A DNA stretch of 64,000 nt from Octopus sinensis (Eukaryota), in contig NC_042997.1 in NCBI RefSeq assembly GCF_006345805.1, positions 113,274,001-113,338,000 on the forward strand, written 5' to 3'. The translations under genes and the position numbers were made by a program. Positions 26,610-36,820 of the stretch are shown in pieces; positions within the stretch are counted from its first letter, which is position 1; every line of letters begins with the position of its first letter. Below the pieces are notes generated by a model. That model had not been told where the DNA came from, ran no database searches, and saw only the letters and a program-made list of their open reading frames with translations.

Positions 26610-29105
26610 ATGCACTACGGAGGAAACAACTACCAACACAATATACCTGATGAACTAAGACGGAACACTAGGTACAACAACACACTTCAGAACAGAGCAC
26701 CACAAACTCACTCTGACAATTATAACATGAGACAGATAAATAGTAGTTTTGAACATAACTACACCAACCATTTTTTTAGACCTTACACACAGGAACAGGG
26801 ACACACGATGACAAAGGACAAACAAAAGAAACCTCAGGTAATTAAGATAATCAATCTCTCAAACAAAGAACTTACACCTAACGAAATAAGCATACTCTCC
26901 AAAGGACTTAAATTTACACCAACCCCACAACGTTCTAATTACTATGAAATGAAAGATGATATTTCGGAATTTTGCAGGAAACTAAGACTCACCGAGGAAT
27001 TTCAAGACAAACAAATAGATGAGGATTCAATAGCTAGAAACAAGAGCAATTACACCCCCACCAAGGGAAAGAATAAAGCCTTAGAGTGCTATTGTGACTA
27101 CATAGCTAATTTCCCGTTTCAATTCATCAAGAAACAAAAACACAGCCCTAACTTTAACAAAAGAGAATGGAACGACCTCATCAAACTAAGAGAAGACAAA
27201 GCAATAACAATTAAGGAGGTAGATAAGGGCAACGCGATAGTAGTAATGAATACAAACGATTATAAAAATTTAGTGCTATCCCTATTCAGAGATGAAACGT
27301 ATTATGAAAGGGCCCAACAGTATAATCAGCAAAAAATAATGCATAACCTTAGGACATTAATCAACACATACCGAGAAGGACTCACGGATAAGGAGTATGA
27401 ATACATCACTAACTTCAAATGCAAATCGAGTTTGTTCTATGGTATCCCTAAAGTACACAAAAGCCAAATAATTAGAGAAACATGCAAAACATCTACCGAT
27501 ATACTCATCAAAATCCCTTCACCAAATGATCTTAAACTTAGACCGATAATAGTAGGGCCAGCATGTGAGACTCACCGCCTCAGCAATTTCTTAGACACAC
27601 TTCTTAAACCTTTCCTAAAACACATCAAAAGCTACGTAAGAGACGATATAGATATGCTCAACCACCTCCCTAAAACAGTCAATGAGAAAACCCTTCTAGT
27701 ATCATTCGACGTAGTTAATCTTTATTCTAACATCCCTCACAACCTAGGAATAGAAGCGATCACCTTCTGGCTGAACAACTACTCCTTTGAACTCCCAATG
27801 CACATAAACAAAAACCTTATAATAGAAGGACTTAGATTTATTTTAGAAAACAATTACTTTATTTTTGACAATAATTTCTACAGACAAAGATCGGGAACAG
27901 CGATGGGCACGCGTACTGCACCATCTTTTGCCAACCTAGTGATGGGATACCTCGAGAAAATACTCTACCAGATAACACTCGAGAAATTTGGAAACACCTT
28001 CTCCACCTATATCCAGAACAACTGGAAAAGATACCTCGATGACTGTTTCATCATCTGGGACAAAAGTATAGAGAAACTTGAGGAATTTAAAATACTATTA
28101 AATGGAATAAATGATAATATACAATTCACGATGGATCATAACGAAGAAGAATTACCATTTTTAGACATCCTCATTAAGAAAACCGGCAACAAAATAGAGA
28201 CAGATATCTACTATAAACCGACAGACTCCAAACAATACTTACCCTTTGATTCATGCCACCCACGACACACTAGAATAAATGTCCCTTTTTGTTTAGCTAG
28301 AAGGATCTGCACCATAATATCAGACACAAACACCCGACACACACGTCTCCAGGAACTTAGAACCACACTCACAAATAGAAACTATCCACAGCCCCTAATA
28401 GACAGTGCAATCCAAAGGGCACTCAAATTAAGTATAGAAGACCTGAGACAAACAAAACCAAAAAAGAAAGAACAATTAAAAACCCTTCCCTACATCTCTA
28501 CACACAACCCACTCAACAATGAGGCCTTCAGCACCATACTACAAAGCACAGCCCTACTAAAGGGAGACCCAAAGATGAACCGGATCCTCGAAACACACAC
28601 CATCATTAAAAGTAAACGGCAACCAAAATCCTTGAAAAGGATTTTAACCCAAGCTAAACTGCACTCAACATCAACCACAAAACAAGCAGTTAGAAAATGT
28701 GGAAGGCCCAACTGCAGAATCTGTGTCATCTTGATAGAAGGTTCAGAATTTATACTAGAACAAGGCCATCAGTTCACCATTAGAGCAAACTTCACCTGCG
28801 CATCAGAAAACTTAATTTACGTCTTAACATGTGCAGGCTGCAATAGGCAGTATATAGGCCATACAAAAAATAGCTTACGTAACAGGATGGCGGTGCATAA
28901 ATCACAAATTAGAAACCCTGAATACCGGAAAATACCGGTCAGCGGACACATAGATAGATGTGCTGGAAATGTAAATCTGAAATTTACAACTTACCCGCTT
29001 TATAAATTCAGTGACAGCGTAACCTTCACGCAACGCCAAAATAAAGAACTGTATTTCATCAAAAAATTTAGACCAAGTTTGAACACCCTGGGCCAGGAAT
29101 ATTAA
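26610..29105 (+). CDS. Penelope-like element polyprotein: reverse transcriptase + C-terminal GIY-YIG endonuclease (Neptune-like Cys-rich linker)
   Basis: Uninterrupted 831 aa. RT motifs SFDVVNLYSNIPH, QRSGTAMGTRTAPSFANL, WKRYLDDCF (YLDD at 28032-28043), LPFLDILI and TDIYYKPTD..YLPFDSCHP. Linker CGRPNCRIC. Nuclease FTCASENLIYVLTCAGCNRQYIG (YIG at 28851-28859)..RMAVH. Confidence 0.95.
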   Translation: MHYGGNNYQHNIPDELRRNTRYNNTLQNRAPQTHSDNYNMRQINSSFEHNYTNHFFRPYTQEQGHTMTKDKQKKPQVIKIINLSNKELTPNEISILSKGLKFTPTPQRSNYYEMKDDISEFCRKLRLTEEFQDKQIDEDSIARNKSNYTPTKGKNKALECYCDYIANFPFQFIKKQKHSPNFNKREWNDLIKLREDKAITIKEVDKGNAIVVMNTNDYKNLVLSLFRDETYYERAQQYNQQKIMHNLRTLINTYREGLTDKEYEYITNFKCKSSLFYGIPKVHKSQIIRETCKTSTDILIKIPSPNDLKLRPIIVGPACETHRLSNFLDTLLKPFLKHIKSYVRDDIDMLNHLPKTVNEKTLLVSFDVVNLYSNIPHNLGIEAITFWLNNYSFELPMHINKNLIIEGLRFILENNYFIFDNNFYRQRSGTAMGTRTAPSFANLVMGYLEKILYQITLEKFGNTFSTYIQNNWKRYLDDCFIIWDKSIEKLEEFKILLNGINDNIQFTMDHNEEELPFLDILIKKTGNKIETDIYYKPTDSKQYLPFDSCHPRHTRINVPFCLARRICTIISDTNTRHTRLQELRTTLTNRNYPQPLIDSAIQRALKLSIEDLRQTKPKKKEQLKTLPYISTHNPLNNEAFSTILQSTALLKGDPKMNRILETHTIIKSKRQPKSLKRILTQAKLHSTSTTKQAVRKCGRPNCRICVILIEGSEFILEQGHQFTIRANFTCASENLIYVLTCAGCNRQYIGHTKNSLRNRMAVHKSQIRNPEYRKIPVSGHIDRCAGNVNLKFTTYPLYKFSDSVTFTQRQNKELYFIKKFRPSLNTLGQEY

Positions 29106-29350
29106 AACAAAACATTGGTCCTCCGAAAAGGAGAAACGAAATTCTACCACAGCCGCTGCCTTAAACAGTCACTCACACTGACAGAGATATGTCTTAGGGA
29201 AAGAAAAAAATTTATAAAAAGATCTCTACGAGCAGATCTAATCCTGATTCGTCAAGAAACTGATGACGTATTACCTCAGTGGGGCAAGCTGTTGTCACCC
29301 TGCTTGGTCGGTTTCCACACACGATACAGCTAAGGGTCGGACCCAATTCT

Positions 29351-29735
29351 GATTGCTCAAAACATTGATGACGTCTCGTTCTGCTGGACTAGCCACGTAA
29401 CAGGATGATTGGTCAAAACATTGATGACGTCTCGTTCCGCTGGACTAGCCACCTAACAGGATACAGTCATGGGTCAGATCTAATACAGCTATAGGTCAGA
29501 CCCGATTCTGATTGGTCAAAACATTGAGGACGTCTCGTTCTGCTGGACTAGCCACCTAACGGGATGATTGGTCAAAACATTGATGACGTCCCATTCTGCT
29601 GGACTAGCCACCTAACGGGGTGATTGGTCAAAACATTGATGACGTCCCGTTCTGCTGGACTAGCCACCTAACGAGATGATTGGTCAAAACATTGATGACG
29701 TCTCGTTCTGCTGGACTAGCCACCTAACAGGATAC
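29351..29735 (+). repeat. six copies of a 56-bp unit (2 + spacer + 4)
   Basis: Unit gattggtcaaaacattgatgacgtctcgttctgctggactagccacctaac(a/g)ggat starts at 29351, 29407, 29510, 29566, 29622 and 29678. Confidence 0.95.
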
Positions 29736-29857
29736 AGTCATGGATTAGATCTAATTTCAATCCGTCAAAAACAAGGATGACATATTTCTTCCGTGGCCAA
29801 ACTGTCGTTCTGCTTGGTTGGTTTCCTAACAGGATATATTCGTTGAGACTGAGTTTT

Positions 29858-29925
29858 GATTGGTTGGGAACTATATGACGTCAGTGAAAAATGCAAGTGA
29901 GACAGCTAAGCTGAGCTGATATAAA
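29858..29925 (+). promoter_or_regulatory. Pol II promoter-like module (inverted CCAAT, perfect CRE, TATA)
   Basis: GATTGG 29858-29863, TGACGTCA 29876-29883, TATAAA 29920-29925. Motif evidence only. Confidence 0.5.
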
Positions 29926-30224
29926 CCCAAACAATTCACAAAATTCACCAAAACTATACGAACAGACACCAACCAAAATCATTACAGTTGCTCCCATTGG
30001 AACACAAGGTAAAATCTAAAATGAATTCCTCGCTTTTTCAAGAACATGAATTTTTTATATTTGACTCTATTGAATGCATATCACCACTATGAACTACTAC
30101 ATCATACTCTTTAAACATATAGCATGGACTCGCTTTACTATATATGAATTTTTTATGTTTGACTATTGAATATTATATATGAATTTTTTATATTTGATAG
30201 CATGAACTATCTTTTTTATATATA

Positions 30225-30277
30225 ATTTTTTTTTGATAAGGTTCGTCATTTCAAGAACCGAAACATGTTAAATAAAT
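30225..30277 (+). ncRNA. minimal type I hammerhead ribozyme, U3-A8 core variant
   Basis: ATTTTTTT (stem I) - TTGATAA 30233-39 - GGTTC/GAACC (5-bp stem II, 10-nt loop) - GAAA 30260-63 - palindromic CATG - T,T (30268-69) - AAATAAAT (stem I, 7/8 pairs). Lies at the 3' end of a PLE. Confidence 0.75.
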
Positions 30278-30404
30278 AATGTATATATAAAAATTAAAAT
30301 TTGTCTAATATAGCAGCATTTTCAAGCTTCATTTTTTACAAATATATACCCACTCGTATACGAGCTAATCTTATTATAAATATATATATATATATGTGTG
30401 TGTG

Positions 30405-30444
<40 letters not shown>

Positions 30445-30526
30445 GCATATATATATGTATGCATATCTATATATATCATTTATATTATTATTTGATTCAA
30501 CGCCATGCGTCCATTTCCAAGTGAGT

Positions 30527-30564
<38 letters not shown>

Positions 30565-30568
<4 letters not shown>

Positions 30569-31460
30569 TCATCATCATCATCATCGTTTAACGTCCGCCT
30601 GCCATGCTAGCATGGGTTGGACGGTTCAACTGGGGTCTGGGGAGCCCGAAGGCTGCACCAAGCCAGTCAGATCTGGCAGTGTTTCTACAGCTGGATGCCC
30701 TTCCTAACGCCAACCACTCCGAGAGTGTAGTGGGTGATTTTATGCGCCACCGACACAGGTGCCAGACGAGGCTGGCGAACGACCACGCTCAGATGGTGTT
30801 TTTTATGTGCCACCGACACAGGTGCCAGACGAGGCTGGCGAACGGCCACGCTTGGATGGTGTTTTTTATGTGCCACCGACACAGGTGCCAGACGAGGCTG
30901 GCGAACAGCCATGCTTGGATGGTGTTTTTTGTGCCACCGACACAGGTGCCAGACGAGGCTGGTGAACGGCCACGATCAGATGGTGTTTTTTATGTGCCAC
31001 CGACACAGGTCCCAGACGAGGCTGGCGAACGACCACGCTTGGATGGTGTTTGTTACGTGCCCACAGCACAGAGGCCAGTCGATGCGGTACTGGCTACGGC
31101 CACGTTCGGATGGTTTTCTTATGTGCCACCGGCACTGGTACCACAAAGATACAAATTCCATTGATGTCCATCTATTTTGATTTGGTTTGATTTTCACTTG
31201 CCTCAACAGGTCTTCACAAGTGTCCCAAGAAGGAAGGTATGCACAGGTGGACTGACTACGTCCCAGGTAGGGGCCACTGGTTATGGCCTCACTAGTCTTG
31301 CCGGGTCTTCTCACGCACAGCATACTTCCATAGGTCTCGGTCTCTAGTCATTTCCTTGGTGAGACCTAAAGTTCGAAGGTCGTGCTTCACCACCTCGTCC
31401 CAGGTTTTCCTGGGTCTACCTCTTCCACAGGTTCCCTCAACTGCTAGGGTGTAGCACTTT
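30565..31460 (-). mobile_element. RTE LINE 3' end (ORF end + 3'UTR with five 63-bp tandem units + (GAT)n)
   Basis: ORF 31292-31543 contains LAVEGTCGRGRPRKTWDEVVKHDLRTLGLTKEMTRDRDLWKYAV. Units marked by ccaccgacac at 30747, 30810, 30873, 30934 and 30997. Confidence 0.9.
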
Positions 31461-31594
31461 TGCACACACATATATAAATATATATATATATGTAAAGTTA
31501 ATCCAAACATGAAAACACAAAAAGAAAAACAACGCGAGGACATGGAACAAGTATAGTGTTATTGGACGCTCAGGAAAGGAAATAAAGAAGGAGG

Positions 31595-31629
31595 ATTTAA
31601 CAGTTCGGGCGGAGCTCTTCATCAGAAAT
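31595..31629 (-). ncRNA. degenerate hammerhead-like motif
   Basis: Minus strand: ATTT-CTGATGA-A-GAGC-TCC-GCCC-GAAC-TG-T-T-AAAT. Stem I is perfect, stem II has one mismatch, and GAAA is mutated to GAAC. Confidence 0.5.
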
Positions 31630-31789
31630 ATAGGAAAAGGAAAGATCCAAGGAAGGGAAGATGGAGGGAAAAAATCACCAACGATACACACGCGGTAAAT
31701 AAATAAATAAATAAGTAAATAAATAAATAAATGGAGATTAACGCAGGTATAATTCAAATACTTTTACTTCCCACACATGTTTCGAAGAT

Positions 31790-32020
31790 TTCACTGATAT
31801 TATTCCAAAGGAATAAAAATGGTGTAAAACAATTAATGCAATATATGGGGATCAGACAATAAGTGTAAGCTAGTGTCAAGGGTGGTTCCAGAAATTCCAA
31901 GCTGGAAACTACAGCCTAGAAGATGATCCTCTTCCTGGAAGATCTGTAGAGCTTGACAAGAATGTCCTGCAAACCCTGGTAGAACAAAATTCCATCATAA
32001 GTATTGGAACAGAACATAAT
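31790..32020 (+). mobile_element. mariner transposase N-terminal fragment
   Basis: INAIYGDQTISVS*CQGWFQKFQAGNYSLEDDPLPGRSVELD. Colinear with 34840-34990 (minus). Confidence 0.8.
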
Positions 32021-33560
32021 GTAATGCCATAATGTAGCTGGGGTGGAGGACAGTGTTGTGGTCCACACCAGACAGTAATTTATGAGGGAAGCATTTTTGG
32101 GTTTGCTATTTAAGCCTATATAGGGGTGGAGAGGTAGATGGCAAATGAGAAGCTCAAGGGCTGCCCTGGCCACTTTAGCTATGCCACTGGTGTGTCATCA
32201 GCTAACATTTCCTATTTTTGGTCTTAAATATTTAACTTCATTATCATCAAGTGTCAGTTATTCTCAGAAAGCCAAATACCATGGTTCACCATTTTGATCT
32301 TTCCTGCTCTATCCTTTTCCATTCACTGCATTTTAAGTCTTTCCAATTCTCTGTAATTATTTGTTTTCCCCTTTTTTTTGCCCCCCCCCCATTTATTTTG
32401 CTTCCAATCAGCACTCTCTGTAATCCATTTTTTCTGATTAAATGTCTGTCTAGCTTCACTTATTCAATAAATTCATTTAATCTGGTGTGAAACATCGTAT
32501 TCTCTTTTATTTATTAAATCAATATAATTAATGATTCATGGTTAAAATTCCATATGTAATGAATTACCAAGCAGAACATAGAATCATTTGATATTTACCA
32601 ATTATTTTATCTGTTTATGAAATGGATTCTCAATGATTAAAAAATAAATGAACTGTAATCAGCTTCCTTTGATGTAGTGGCTTGCTTTCTTTGACAAAAA
32701 AACAAGAAAAAAAAAAGATGCCCAGTGTATTCCAATTGGCATCTTTGTCCATTCAGCCTCATCTATTTAATAACATTTGATTCTCTTAAGTGAAACAATT
32801 TTGGTTAGTTTACCATTTGAACAAATTTTGGTTTCATCATGGCTACCCACAACACACATCCACATACACCCTTTCATATTCTGGACTTTATGGCATTTTA
32901 AATCTGCTGATTTGTCAAAGCTCATCCAATTCTATGAGGTGAGTACTGAAAAGTTCCTGGCTTTGGCTAAAAGAAAATACTAGAGGATCAGCTAATTAAG
33001 ATTTTATTCAATATAATCCCCTCTCAGATTCACAAACCTATTGCAGTGGTCTTTCAGTTTTTTTAAGCCCTGAAAAAGAACTCAGAAGGTTGGGCCTTCA
33101 GCCAAGCCTTTCATGACACTCTTGTATGCCACCTATCCCTGACAGAAAATGTGCTTCACCTCTGACTCTCCTTAAGCAATTAACTAGGTAACTGTAAACC
33201 CCAACAAAATAAATTCAAGATACAATAATGTAGCAAAGCTGTTCTATATACACCCAGTTATCAAATTTCAATCACTTCAAGAAAAATTTGTGTAGCTTCT
33301 ACAGATTTCCATCTGTCTTAGAAAATGACAATGAGAAAATACTATGGTAACAAACCACTAGATGGCAGCACTTAATAAATCTGATATCATTTTCCATGAT
33401 AAAAATATCAATAGTGACATTGGTTGTTGTGTTCATAATCATAAGGTCACAAGGTTGATTCCTAGATCAGGCTGTCGTTTGTGTCCTTGAGCAAGGTTCT
33501 TCAAATTATCTCACATGACTGCTCCATTATGCATGCTACACATTATACAATACAATTGTA

Positions 33561-35260
33561 TTGGGTCATCCCATAAATAAAGCGTTTTTTTTATACTTCT
33601 TTTATTTTTCGAAATTAAGATAAACAAAGTTCTTTTTAATCTAAAATACACTCTCTTTTACTTTTTTACTTGTTTCAGCCATTTAGCTGTGGCCATGCTG
33701 GAGCACTACCTTTAGTCGAGCAAATCGACCCCAGGACTTATTCTTTGTAAGCCTAGTTCTTATTCTATCGGTCTCTCTTTTGCTGAACCGCTAAGTTATG
33801 GGGACGTAAACGCACCAGCACCGGTTGTCAAGCGATATTGGAAGGACAAACACAGACACACACATATGCATATATATACATATACATACATATGGCGGGC
33901 TTCTTACAGTTTCCGTCTACCAAATCCACTCACAAGTCTTTGGTCGGCCTGAGGCTATAGTAGAAGACACATGCTCAAGGTGCCACGCAGTGGGACTGAA
34001 CCCGGAACCATGTGATTCTTAAGCAAGCTACTTAACACACAGCCACTCCTACGCCTATTTTCTTCTTCATTTTCTACAATGTTCTTCCATCTATCTAGCA
34101 GACTTGCAAAGCCCCTCTTCCAAAATTCGATTGTCTGTGACGAAAAATACTCCTCCAGTACTATTCTGACTTTGTCTACAGAATTCATATTTTTTTCCAT
34201 CCAAATGATTTTGACGACTATGGAATAAATGATTATCAGATGGGACAATGTCCAGTAAATATGGTAGGAGGGGCATTGTTTCCCATTCAAACTGCTCCAG
34301 CCTTTGGAATGTCATCCTCACTGTATGTGGTCGACCATTATCCTGATGGAAGAACAATTTCATTATGAAACCAAAGATGGTAATTTTTCTTCTAGCGCTG
34401 ACTCAAGCCACTCAAGTTGCTCACAGTAGCTCTCCTTTGTTATCATTTGGTTTGGGTTTAAAAGTTCAAAATGGAATAAACCATTCATATCCCACCAAAC
34501 AGATAACAACACCTTATGTGGGTGTGAAGACCTTCTTTAGCCTGGGGTACCAGTGTTTCTCCTTTCGCTACCCACTGTCTACAGCACTTGACATTTTTAT
34601 AGAGAACCCATTTCTCGTCACCAGTCACTATTCGCTCTAAAAAGGTTCATTCATGAGACATGACATCAAAGAAGAGCACACATTCACTCTCTGCATACGG
34701 TTAGACTCAGAAAGTTTGTGAGGAACCTATTGACCCAATTTGTTGACTTTTCTGATGGTATGCAGGTGTCGATGAATGGTTGAATGATCAAATCCAAGCT
34801 TCTCTGCTAGTTCGTTAACACTTTTGATGGAATTTTGTTCCACCAGAGTTTCCAGGACATCCTCATTGAGCTCTACAGATCTTCCAGGATGAGGCTCGTA
34901 TTCTAGGCTGTAGTTTCCAGCTTGGAATTTCTGGAATCACCCTTGACACTGGCTTATGCTTATCGTTTCATCCCCATATACTGCACTAATATTCCTTGCA
35001 CTTTCTTTTGCATTGTTGCCTTTATTGAACTCATAAAGCAAAATATGCCAAATATGCTCTTTTGTCACTTCTATTATATCTTTGAAAAAAATGACTGTTA
35101 AAATCGAACTGCACTCTTCAGAACTTGCACTAAGAATAAGTACAAAGTAAAATTACTACCTGCTTTTATAGTAAGGTGATGCAGATAGTTTATCCTGTCC
35201 CCCTCCAACTTTTAGTTCATGCAATTGAAAAAAAAACACATTATTTATGGGATGACCCAA
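33561..35260 (-). mobile_element. full-length-skeleton mariner element with a nested SINE
   Basis: TIRs TTGGGTCATCCCATAAATAA (33561) and TTATTTATGGGATGACCCAA (35241-35260), each flanked by TA. Decayed transposase HQDNGRPH..PYLLDIVPSDNHLF. About 1.3 kb after removing the SINE at about 33655-34035. Confidence 0.9.
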
Positions 35261-35696
35261 TATTTACAAATTGATGCAGATATGGAAGGCTAGCTCTTCA
35301 GATCATAGGAGAACATCATACTTACACTAATGCTTTAACTCTGCATATATACACAAATTTTTTCTTTATATATGTAATGTATCGAAGACCAATACTTGAT
35401 AGAATTAGATTGGTATGGTCATTGAAGAATAAATATATTCACCTCTCATACTTCCTAACTTTTTATGGTTTATATATATATATGAAAATAAAAAGGAATT
35501 AATGTGTATGTGGTAGCTCTAAAGAAGATAAAGAAGCTGGTTGGTTCTATACTTTTTCAATTGATCAACAATGGATCGATTGACAAATGTGATTATTACA
35601 CTGGGGAATTATACCTTTCCAAATTTTATTGGAAACATATGTAAGCTAACTGGCATAAATGTATGAAAATCCATTATCTGTATGCATATTACACAC

Positions 35697-35756
35697 ATTA
35701 AGAAAAAGGAGGCAGTCAGAATTTTGGATAATTCTGACAGCCTCCTTTTTCTTAAT
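35697..35756. other. 60-nt near-perfect hairpin
   Basis: ATTAAGAAAAAGGAGGC-A-GTCAGAATT / AATTCTGAC-A-GCCTCCTTTTTCTTAAT: 17 + 9 bp, one A.A mismatch, 6-nt loop. Confidence 0.85.
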
Positions 35757-36015
35757 ATACAATATCTGTACACCACTTCAGACACTCCATACATACATAC
35801 ATAAAGACAGACAGACATACAGACATACCTACAGACAGACAGACAGACAAGAAAATATATTAAACCACGGTTTACCATTTAAATTACCAACTACAGTTAA
35901 CTTTATAGCAAGGCCTATACATAGTGAGGTAATACACCAGTAGGGCCTACGGATACATTTATCCCTTAGACAGTTGCATAACCACTGACTCATGATTTTG
36001 TATATATATATATAC

Positions 36016-36046
<31 letters not shown>

Positions 36047-36118
36047 GGAATATGATTCTAAACTTACAAGGAAAAATTCAATTTAGTAATACTAAATCAA
36101 ATTTCATAATATATAATA

Positions 36119-36375
36119 CATGTATATAAATTAGAGAACTACCATATATTACAATTCAACAATGATATACTTAAATCATACCATATAGACAAAAATTAAA
36201 GATACGAAACATGTGTAGTCTATTTACTAATCATATACTATTTATTTATTATTTCGTACTTTATTTAGTTTTAGGTAAATGTTTTATTGTATCTTTAATT
36301 TTTTCTATATGGTATAATTTAAGTATATCATTGTTGAATTGCTACATGGTGGTTCTTCTCTAATTTATATACATG
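36119..36375. repeat. AT-rich inverted repeat, ~87-bp arms
   Basis: 36119-36205 is the reverse complement of 36289-36375 (caattcaacaatgatatacttaaat.ataccatataga.aaaaattaaagatac). Confidence 0.85.
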
Positions 36376-36439
36376 TTCTTCTCCAATTTATATACATGTA
36401 TATATATATATATAATATAAATTGGACATGGGCAATCAT

Positions 36440-36820
36440 TGTATTCTTTCTTGTCTTGAGGTTCACAGCCAAACGGCTGGGTGGATTCACGTGAAAAATG
36501 GCACACATGTGGAGATGGGTGCATAGATTGGAATGCAGTTTGTATTTTTTTTCCTAACCCCCATACTTACCGAGAAAATCGATTAAGACATTTTCTAATG
36601 GAATTCCCCTCTTTCTTCTGCCATTAAAACAACCAGTTGCTTAGAAGCTGTTTTCTGATGGGATGGGGCCAGAAAATTTTCATACAGCTGGAGGATCCAA
36701 TCAAAACAGGGGACCCGAGATGATACAGTTTAGAAATGCTGTTATAGATTATGCCTAACCGAAAACGATCACAGCCTCATCATCCAAACAGACAAGGTGA
36801 AACCGGGCTTAGCTGCTAGT
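36440..36820 (+). mobile_element. possible non-autonomous Helitron/Helentron-like element
   Basis: 5' hairpin cagccaaacggctg; 3' end ggtgaaaccgggcttagctgCTAGt followed by (TA)n. Resemblance only. Confidence 0.35.

Larger units (their letters stand above)
26190..30300 (+). mobile_element. Penelope-like retroelement (5' truncated, with 3' pseudo-LTR-like region)
   Basis: PLE ORF, 3' tandem array, promoter-like motifs and a terminal hammerhead, bounded by TA-rich microsatellites. Confidence 0.85.

Noticed and set aside
29351-29735. CRISPR-like appearance of the 56-bp and 63-bp arrays
   Set aside because: Units are contiguous tandem copies with no unique spacers, there are no cas genes, and the context is eukaryotic.
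30604-31180. Repetitive 186- and 148-aa ORFs (also 20858-21334)
   Set aside because: Antisense readings of the RTE 3'UTR tandem units.
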